From assembly GCF_031769215.1 (NCBI RefSeq), contig NW_026782804.1:124001-188000 (forward strand): a DNA stretch of 64,000 bases. The letters are read 5' to 3'. Source of the stretch: Ylistrum balloti (lineage: Eukaryota). Shown piece by piece: positions 13,188 to 22,739 of this stretch. The notes beneath the pieces are model-generated. The model had not been told where the DNA came from. It ran no database searches and saw only the letters and a list, made by a program, of their open reading frames with translations. The position numbers and the translations under genes are program-made. Position 1 is the stretch's first letter. Every line of letters starts with the position of its first letter.

Positions 13188-14138
13188 TAATATGGTAACT
13201 AAGGTTTAAAACAGTAAATTACGCGTGACTCATATGGTAACTAAGGTTTAAAACTGTAAATTACGCGTGCTTCATATGGTAACTAAGGTTTAAAACAGTA
13301 AATTACGCGTGACTCATATGGTAACTAAGGTTTAAAACAGTAAATTACGTGACTCATATGGTAACTAAGGTTTAAAACAGTAAATTACGTGACTCATATG
13401 GTAACTAAGGTTTAAAACAGTGCATTACGCGTAAATCATATGGTAACTAAGGTTTAAAACAGTAAATTACGCGTGACTCATATGGTAACTAAGGTTTAAA
13501 ACAGTAAATTACGCGTGACTCATATGGTAACTAAGGTTTAAAACAGTAAATTACGCGTGACTCATATAATAACTAAGGTTTAAAACAGTAAATTACGTGA
13601 CTCATATGGTAACTAAGGTTTAAAACAGTAAATTACGCGTGACTCATATAATAACTAAGGTTTAAAACAGTAAATTACGTGACTCATATGGTAACTAAGG
13701 TTTAAAACAGTAAATTACGTGACTCATATGGTAACTAAGGTTTAAAACAGTAAATTACGCGTGACTCATATGGTAACTAAGGTTTAAAACAGTAAATTAC
13801 GCGTGACTCATATAATAACTAAGGTTTAAAACAGTAAATTACGCGTGCTTCATATGGTAACTAAGGTTTAAAACAGTAAATTACGCGTGACTCATATGGT
13901 AACTAAGGTTTAAAACAGTACATTACGCGTAAATCATATGGTAACTAAGGTTTAAAACAGTAAATTACACGTGACTCATATGGTAACTAAGGTTTAAAAC
14001 AGTAAATTACGCGTGCTTCATATGGTAACTAAGGTTTAAAACAGTAAATTACGCGTAACTCATATGGTAACTAAGGTTTAAAACAGTAAATTACGCGTGA
14101 CTCATATAGTAACTAAGGTTTAAAACAGTTAATTACGC
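13188..14138. repeat. 40/42-bp minisatellite TATGGTAACTAAGGTTTAAAACAGTAAATTACGCGTGACTCA
   Basis: About 23 tandem copies. Confidence 0.97.
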
Positions 14139-14544
14139 TGTTGCAACAGAATAACTGAGAATCACATTTTAATGGTATATATATGAAAATAAGTTACTAA
14201 AACAATATACAGTAAACCTGTTGAGATAAAATGTCATATTCTTTTGGATGAAAATGAAAATAATGAGACTATAGAAATACACCAGGTATCACAATTAGTT
14301 ATTTAAATCTTAAGATGTATATCCAATGAGTTATTAAATATAACTACGGGTTTATATAAAAATTGAACAATAAGACATAACTATGAGTTTTTATTCAAAG
14401 TGAGGAAATAACATATATATTGAGTATGTATCAATTCCATTTATTAAATATAACCTAAGTATATATCAAAATAAGTTACTTGACAATTCAAAAGGTTGTG
14501 TTGCAATATGTTACTTTAACAATATTGTGGCTACACATTCACAA

Positions 14545-14645
14545 AACAACAACTATAAACTATTGTGTAAAACACGTTACAAAACAACAACTATAAACTA
14601 TTGTTAAAACACGTTACAAAACAACAACTATAAACTATTGTTAAA
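14545..14645. repeat. Short tandem repeat of about 36 bp (3 copies)
   Basis: CAAAACAACAACTATAAACTATTGT repeated. Confidence 0.85.
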
Positions 14646-14733
14646 AATGATTCAAAATAGAAAGTCCATTCGTATAAATGACATTAGCCAAGTGTCAAAA
14701 CAAGAAAGAAATAAGTATGTTACCCTTAGAAAC

Positions 14734-15065
14734 ACTAGCCGCAATATATCTCTCGGCAGGAGAGAACATCTCTTTAGCTCGGTAGGTTGAGAGTCAGTTC
14801 ATTACGTCAGAGGTTTCAGGTTCGACTTGCATAAGGACCTTTGTTACATTAGTGCCCTATGTAGGGAATCAGGAATAATGCTTAGCATTACGTTCACAAG
14901 TGTCGCTGTAACCCCTGTAAAAACTTACCAGTTATTTCCTAGTGTGGCTGTATTTAATTACTAGCCGCAATCTACAACTCGGCTAGACAGAACTTCTCTT
15001 TAGTTTGATCTTTTGAGAGCCAGCATATTAAGCCAGAGGTCGCGGGTTCGAATCCATGCGGAAAC
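14734..15065 (+). pseudogene. Two diverged tRNA-derived (SINE head-like) units, 226-bp spacing
   Basis: Both begin ACTAGCCGCAAT..CTCGGC.AG..AGAAC.TCTCTTTAG. Unit 1 has an A-box-like TAGCTCGGTAGG and GGTTCGAC; unit 2 has a B box GGTTCGAATCC (15045-15055). No convincing full cloverleaf. Confidence 0.55.
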
Positions 15066-16390
15066 ATTGAAATAAATAACGACCTCTGTTACGCATAGAA
15101 GAATTAAGCATACCACTGTAACTTTTTGTCTAGTAACCGGTCACGATGTCAACTAATCACTTTCTTCAGCGTCGAATTAGTCATGTTATGTTAGAAACCC
15201 AGGATACATAACCCACAAGTCTAATACAACGTGTTATCTTTTTGACTATGGTACATGTTAGTTGGTGGGGTGGTTGGCTGTCTGCTTAAGAGGTAATACA
15301 GGCCACTGTTTATCTTTACTATACCATTGACTAGAGAAATAGTCAAAATAAAACTGAAATATGTTTATACAGACTAGTACTGTCATTAAAGTGAACTCTC
15401 AGCCGAATTATCACTGAGTACATGGTTTAACTGTGTTATTAATGATTCTAATGATCTCCTGGGACATTTATCATCTCCTCGGACATTTATCATCGATGTA
15501 AAAAGGAACTCCGATTTGACCAGTATGTATACAGGATTAGGCGGCTTACAATGGTGATTTACCGAGAAGGAACGGACGGACAGACAGACGTACTTGTAAA
15601 CCTTGGTCTGGGAAAGTTGTGAGTTATGGAGGAAAGATCAATTGGGGTGTGATATCTTATCTAAACGATCACGAAGGGACGACGGCCACGTCAGATATTT
15701 ACGTCATCACATGCAAGTTATGATAGTGACAACCATCACCTTGGGGTTACTTCCTATTCAAAACTATTATACAAACTTCGGAACTGGTTCTCGCCGTACT
15801 CTAGGCGTGGTGAGAGGGAGATTTAAATCCTTTGATGTTTACACCGACTCAGATGTTCAGTTACTCCCCACGTAAATTGCCGGTAAACAACCATCATTGA
15901 CAGTAATTACCTTATCCACGTTTGATAAACAAGTTATGGTTGTATTTGTCAGCGGGTCAGTCATTAGTCCAAATTTCAGGTTTCCTGTTATGTGTGATGT
16001 ATTTTCAATTCTATAATGTTATCTGGTGGTTTAATTTCGAGGGGTTCCTGCTTAACCTTACGCAGATAACATTGTGTGCTATTTTCCTCATCAAAAAGAT
16101 TTTTTTTTCTGGAAATTCCGCTGTTTCACAGAGCGACAAATACAATAGAAATACCCTTCATCCATCTTTTTTCTCTGACTCAAAGGTAAACATGATGAAA
16201 CTTTATATATTTCAATAATTGTATTTCTGATTGTACACCGAGAAGATCCATGCTTTACAGAAACATCAACACGCCAACAGAACCATAATCTAAACTCAAA
16301 CAGGTAAAGATAGGATCAAAATGATCATCCACAAGGATATGAAAAAGGCATACCTAACATGGATAGCCGAATATTGATTCATATCAAATA

Positions 16391-16631
16391 TCTGTGCCAA
16401 ACACAGCAGCTGTATGTGACACCCTGAAGACTATTATCTGTGCCAAACACAGCAGATGTATGTGACACCCTGAAGACTATTATCTGTGTCAAACACAACA
16501 GATGTATGTGACACCCTGAAGACTATTATCTGTGCCAAACACAGCAGATGTATGTGACACCCTGAAGACTATTATCTGTGTCAAACACAACAGATGTATG
16601 TGACACCCTGAAGACTATTATCTGTGCCAAA
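16391..16631. repeat. 46-bp minisatellite TATCTGTGCCAAACACAGCAGATGTATGTGACACCCTGAAGACTAT
   Basis: About 5 copies. Confidence 0.95.
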
Positions 16632-16796
16632 CTTTGCCGTTATCGGTAACAAAAAACAATAAGATTTTCCTTTACACTTTCATTCCTAATACTTGAGTAT
16701 AACTTGAATATAACCACCTTACCTTTAATTTCGTCATCAAACATAGCAACGAGGAGCGCCAACCAGGCTATACCACACATGATTCACCCAGGTAAT

Positions 16797-17190
16797 GCAC
16801 TAACACATTATATATACAATAGTCCCTATTTTATTAGTATACAAGAATATGATCACTAACACATTATATATACAATAGTCCCTATTTTATTAGTATACAA
16901 GAATATGATCACTAACACATTATATATACAATAGTCCCTATTTTATTAGTATACAAGAATATGATCACTAACACATTATATATACAATAGTCCCTATTTT
17001 ATTAGTATACAAGAATATGATCACTAACACATTATATATACAATAGTCCCTATTTTATTAGTATACAAGAATATGATCACTAACACATTATATATACAAT
17101 AGTCCCTATTTTATTAGTATACAAGAATATGATCACTAACACATTATATATACAATAGTCCCTATTTTATTAGTATACAAGAATATGATC
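16797..17190. repeat. 56-bp minisatellite CACTAACACATTATATATACAATAGTCCCTATTTTATTAGTATACAAGAATATGAT
   Basis: About 7 essentially perfect copies. Confidence 0.96.
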
Positions 17191-18218
17191 AAAGAAACAG
17201 CAGACGGTAGAATATAGGTTAAGACTGAGAGAAAGCCGTCGTGATTTCTTTTGTATTTCGACTCTATCTAAAATAACCTCTCTGTTTACCATCCTGTTTA
17301 TCCTCTTACCTCTTTCACTTACGTGATTTTGTCCAACTGCCATTTCTGTAAATATTGTGTTTCGGTCTTTATATTTGCAAGTTAACAAAAGTCACGGCTT
17401 GTCACCCCTGACATCAATCACGAAACAGCTGTATGTTGCAGCTTAACCAATTTTACCAACTATGTTGTATCGAATTTCAAACATATACACTGTATTGAAA
17501 TGTAGTAATGCTCTTTTGACATATTTTAACATATGTGCTATATGCAATTGTTATTGTTTTAATACTATCGTAAGGCTCTCGCGTGTCAGAACCGGAAGTC
17601 AACCTTTCGTATTACGATACGTACGTGGCGCATTGCGACATGGATTTTAGCGCGCGCGTGAGTATGGCACGTGAAAATGAGAGTGGAGCGCGAGATGGAT
17701 GTGACGTTTGTATTTGTAAACCAGTTTGTCCAGTCTGTCTTATCTATTATTAGTATATTTACGGGGGATATTGGGTGATCGGGGAGCGCACTGGTCATTT
17801 TTGGGCAGAGCGGCCGATGCGGCGACATTAACAAGTTACCTAGTCATAATTGCTATTTGAGGGACACTAGCTATAGGAGTAATTGTAAGCTTCGAGCCAG
17901 AATTGATGCTCGGCGGACTTCGTCCGGGAAAAAAAACCTTCTTCGCATTGAAGAGGTTTTTTTTTTATTACTATCTGAAAATAAACGCTTAAACGAACCC
18001 TCGGAGTTGTGGTTTTGGTATGCGAAGAAGCACGACTACTACAGAAATGTGTCTTTTAAAATTCTTTAAACATGGTAGACATGTTTGTAGACTCATGACC
18101 TTGACGTTGTTGATAAATTACCCAAAATTCACGCTTATTCATATTAATTGAAAGGAGGTAATTTTCGTCTATATTTTGATGTTTATTGCGGATAATTTTT
18201 ATGTTTTAAAGTCATTTT

Positions 18219-18425
18219 AGTCCCCTTGTTTGACTAACGAATCCTAGCAGGGCGAAACCATTGTATGATACCATTGGATTCCTTTAGTGCCCTTGTTTGA
18301 ATGACGATTCTCAGATGGACGAAACAGCTGTATGATGCCGTTTGATTCCTAACGTCCCCGTGTTTGACAGATAATTCCTAGAAGGACGAAACAGCTCTAT
18401 GATGCCGTTTGATTCTTGACGTCCC
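18219..18425 (+). ncRNA. Three tandem 67-bp units, each a decayed minimal type I hammerhead-like motif
   Basis: Cores CTAACGA/ATGACGA/CAGATAA, then stem II (ATCCT-AGC-AGGGC, TTCTC-AGA-TGGAC, TTCCT-AGA-AGGAC), GAAAC, AGCT, (G/C)TA, TGATGCCG; none has an intact CTGANGA. Confidence 0.6.
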
Positions 18426-18914
18426 AGTATGCAAAGAATCTATGACGTCATGTGTATTGTCCATTACTCGTGACGTCATAGATGATAAAGGGGCATGGAC
18501 AATACACATGCATAGTTACATTGCACTGAGGAGCAACTAAGCTGTGAAAACGTTATGCAAAATGCTAACTTAACTTTTTCTTGTGTGTGTTTTTTTAAAA
18601 CAGTTTTCTTTATATCATCACTTGCGTATCGTCATTAACTATATTATATATATACGACATACCACTGGGACACCAGGAATGTGTGCCTGGGTTTAATATT
18701 TGTCTTGTTTGTAGATCTATACATCGGTAAAATGTTAAATGGAATGACCTCACTATCTCCGTACTGACAACTTGTCTACTTCATCGGCGAGATTAACGCC
18801 AATATTAACACGTCATATTGGTGGACTGACTTCCACAGCAAGCTTCACAGAAATATGTTTGATGGTTTTAGTATGTATAGGGGATGAGTAATACCGATAG
18901 TAGGAAACCATGTT

Positions 18915-20325
18915 CTGAGTATGAGATGAGTATTGGTGATTGTAAGAGAACGTATTTTGAGTATGAGATGAATAACGGGGATTGTAATAGACCGTGATTT
19001 GAGTATGAGATGAGTAACGGGTATTGTAAAAGAACGTGTTTTGAGTATGAGATGAGTAACGGGGATTGTAAGAGAACGTGTTTTGAGTATGAGATGAGTA
19101 ACGGGGATTGTAAGAGAACGTGTTTTGGGTATGAGATGAGTAACGGGAATTGTAATATACCGTGTTTTGAGTATGAGATGAGTAACGGGGATTGTAAGAG
19201 AACATGTTTGGAGTATGAGATGAGTAACGGGGATTGTAAGAGAACGTGTTTTGAGTATGAAATGAGTAACGAGGATTGTAAGAGAACGTGTTTTGAGTAT
19301 GAGATGAGTAACAGGGATTGTAATATACCGTGTTTAGAGTATGAGATGAATAACGGGGATTGTAATAGACCGTGATTTGAGTATGAGATGAATAACGGGG
19401 ATTGTATGAAAACGTGTTTTGAGTATGAGATGAGTAACGGGGATTGTATGAAAACGTGTTTTGAGTATGAGATGAGTAACGGGGATTGTAAGAGAACGTG
19501 TTTTGAGTATGAGATGAGTAACGGGGATTGTATGAGAACGTTTTTAGAGTATGAGATGAATAACGGGGATTGTAATATACCGTGTTTTGAGTATGAGATG
19601 AGTAACGTGGATTGTAAGAGAACGTGTTTTGAGTATGAGATGAGTAACGTGGATTGTAAGAGAACGTGTTTTGAGTATGAGATGAGTAACGGGGATTGTA
19701 AGAGAACGTGTTTTGAGTATGAGATGAGTAACGGGTATTGTTAGAGAACGTGTTTTGAGTATGAGATGAGTAACGGGTATTGTTAGAGAACGTGTTTTGA
19801 GTATGAGATGAGTAAAGGGTATTGAAAGAGAATGTGTTTTGAGTATGAGATGAGTAACGGGAATTGTAATATACCGTATTTTGAGTATGAGATGAGTAAC
19901 GGGGATTGTAAGAGAACGTGTTTTGAGTATGAGATGAGTAACGGGGATTGTAATATACCGTGTTTTGAGTATGAGATGAGTAACGGGGATTGTAATATAT
20001 CGTGTTTTGAGTATGAGATGAGTAACGGGGATTGTAAGAGAACGTGTTTTGGGTATGAGATGAGCAACGGGGATTGTAATATACCGTGTGTTGAGTATGA
20101 GATGAGTAACGGGGATTGTAAGAGAACGTGTTTTGAGTATGAGATGAGTAACGGGGATTGTAAGAGAACGTGTTTTGAGTATGAGATGAGTAACGGGTAT
20201 TGTTAGAGAACGTGTTTTGAGTATGAGATGAGTAATGGTGATTGTTATAGACCGTGTTTTGAGTATGAGATGAGTAATGGTGATTGTTACAGACCGTGTT
20301 TTGAGTATGAGATGAGTAATGACAT
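18915..20325. repeat. 42-bp minisatellite GAGTATGAGATGAGTAACGGGGATTGTAAGAGAACGTGTTTT (copy A)
   Basis: Tandem copies; source of the 506-aa minus-strand pseudo-ORF. Confidence 0.97.
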
Positions 20326-20470
20326 ATTATCATTATTACTATCTGATAGATACAATGACAAAGTTTATTTGTATGGCTAGATTGCTTCCACTTCTAGATT
20401 TTGACATTTTTTAGATCTCTTTGGATTTTCCTCAGTCGCCGCTAAGCATTCAACCTTATGCTCTCAGCAA

Positions 20471-20752
20471 CACTGACGAGTCCTAAACGGTGTGATACAG
20501 TTTGATCTGTTGTAGCGACACTGACGAGTCCTAGACGGTGTGATACAGTTTAATCTGTTGTAGCGACACTGACGAGTCCTAGACGGTGTGATACAGTTAA
20601 ATCTGTTGTAGCGACACTGACGAGTCCTAGACGGTGTGATACAGTTTAATCTGTTGTAGCGACACTGACGAGTCCTAGACGGTGTGATACAGTTAAATCT
20701 GTTGTAGCGACACTGACGAGTCCTAGACGGTGTGATACAGTTTAATCTGTTG
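20471..20752. repeat. 48-bp satellite GACACTGACGAGTCCTAGACGGTGTGATACAGTTTAATCTGTTGTAGC (short block)
   Basis: About 6 copies, cut by the duplication junction. Confidence 0.97.
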
Positions 20753-21002
20753 TACTATCTGAAAATAAACGCTTAAACGAACCCTCGGAGTTGTGGTTTT
20801 GGTATGCGAAGAAGCACGACTACTACAGAAATGTGTCTTTTAAAATTCTTTAAACATGGTAGACATGTTTGTAGACTCATGACCTTGACGTTGTTGATAA
20901 ATTACCCAAAATTCACGCTTATTCATATTAATTGAAAGGAGGTAATTTTCGTCTATATTTTGATGTTTATTGCGGATAATTTTTATGTTTTAAAGTCATT
21001 TT

Positions 21003-21209
21003 AGTCCCCTTGTTTGACTAACGAATCCTAGCAGGGCGAAACCATTGTATGATACCATTGGATTCCTTTAGTGCCCTTGTTTGAATGACGATTCTCAGAT
21101 GGACGAAACAGCTGTATGATGCCGTTTGATTCCTAACGTCCCCGTGTTTGACAGATAATTCCTAGAAGGACGAAACAGCTCTATGATGCCGTTTGATTCT
21201 TGACGTCCC
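21003..21209 (+). ncRNA. Duplicate of the hammerhead-like trimer
   Basis: Same sequence as 18219-18425 at offset +2784. Confidence 0.6.
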
Positions 21210-21693
21210 AGTATGCAAAGAATCTATGACGTCATGTGTATTGTCCATTACTCGTGACGTCATAGATGATAAAGGGGCATGGACAATACACATGCATAGT
21301 TACATTGCACTGAGGAGCAACTAAGCTGTGAAAACGTTATGCAAAATGCTAACTTAACTTTTTCTTGTGTGTGTTTTTTTAAAACAGTTTTCTTTATATC
21401 ATCACTTGCGTATCGTCATTAACTATATTATATATATACGACATACCACTGGGACACCAGGAATGTGTGCCTGGGTTTAATATTTGTCTTGTTTGTAGAT
21501 CTATACATCGGTAAAATGTTAAATGGAATGACCTCACTATCTCCGTACTGACAACTTGTCTACTTCATCGGCGAGATTAACGCCAATATTAACACGTCAT
21601 ATTGGTGGACTGACTTCCACAGCAAGCTTCACAGAAATATGTTTGATGGTTTTAGTATGTATAGGGGATGAGTAATACCGATAGTAGGAAACC

Positions 21694-22594
21694 ATGAGAT
21701 GAGTAACGGGGATTGTATGAAAACGTGTTTTGAGTATGAGATGAGTAACGGGGATTGTAAGAGAACGTGTTTTGAGTATGAGATGAGTAACGGGGATTGT
21801 ATGAGAACGTTTTTAGAGTATGAGATGAATAACGGGGATTGTAATATACCGTGTTTTGAGTATGAGATGAGTAACGTGGATTGTAAGAGAACGTGTTTTG
21901 AGTATGAGATGAGTAACGTGGATTGTAAGAGAACGTGTTTTGAGTATGAGATGAGTAACGGGGATTGTAAGAGAACGTGTTTTGAGTATGAGATGAGTAA
22001 CGGGTATTGTTAGAGAACGTGTTTTGAGTATGAGATGAGTAACGGGTATTGTTAGAGAACGTGTTTTGAGTATGAGATGAGTAAAGGGTATTGAAAGAGA
22101 ATGTGTTTTGAGTATGAGATGAGTAACGGGAATTGTAATATACCGTATTTTGAGTATGAGATGAGTAACGGGGATTGTAAGAGAACGTGTTTTGAGTATG
22201 AGATGAGTAACGGGGATTGTAATATACCGTGTTTTGAGTATGAGATGAGTAACGGGGATTGTAATATATCGTGTTTTGAGTATGAGATGAGTAACGGGGA
22301 TTGTAAGAGAACGTGTTTTGGGTATGAGATGAGCAACGGGGATTGTAATATACCGTGTGTTGAGTATGAGATGAGTAACGGGGATTGTAAGAGAACGTGT
22401 TTTGAGTATGAGATGAGTAACGGGGATTGTAAGAGAACGTGTTTTGAGTATGAGATGAGTAACGGGTATTGTTAGAGAACGTGTTTTGAGTATGAGATGA
22501 GTAATGGTGATTGTTATAGACCGTGTTTTGAGTATGAGATGAGTAATGGTGATTGTTACAGACCGTGTTTTGAGTATGAGATGAGTAATGACAT
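21694..22594. repeat. 42-bp minisatellite (copy B, shortened)
   Basis: Same order of variants as the 3' part of copy A. Confidence 0.97.
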
Positions 22595-22739
22595 ATTATC
22601 ATTATTACTATCTGATAGATACAATGACAAAGTTTATTTGTATGGCTAGATTGCTTCCACTTCTAGATTTTGACATTTTTTAGATCTCTTTGGATTTTCC
22701 TCAGTCGCCGCTAAGCATTCAACCTTATGCTCTCAGCAA

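Noticed and set aside
14769-15060. Functional tRNA genes
   Set aside because: A and B box remnants are present but the acceptor and anticodon stems do not close; kept only as tRNA-derived relics.
18813-20333. 506-aa minus-strand ORF (YNPRYSSHTQNTFS repeats) and its 316-aa duplicate
   Set aside because: It is the translation of a 42-bp tandem unit with no stop in that frame; no unique domain, splice context or signal sequence.
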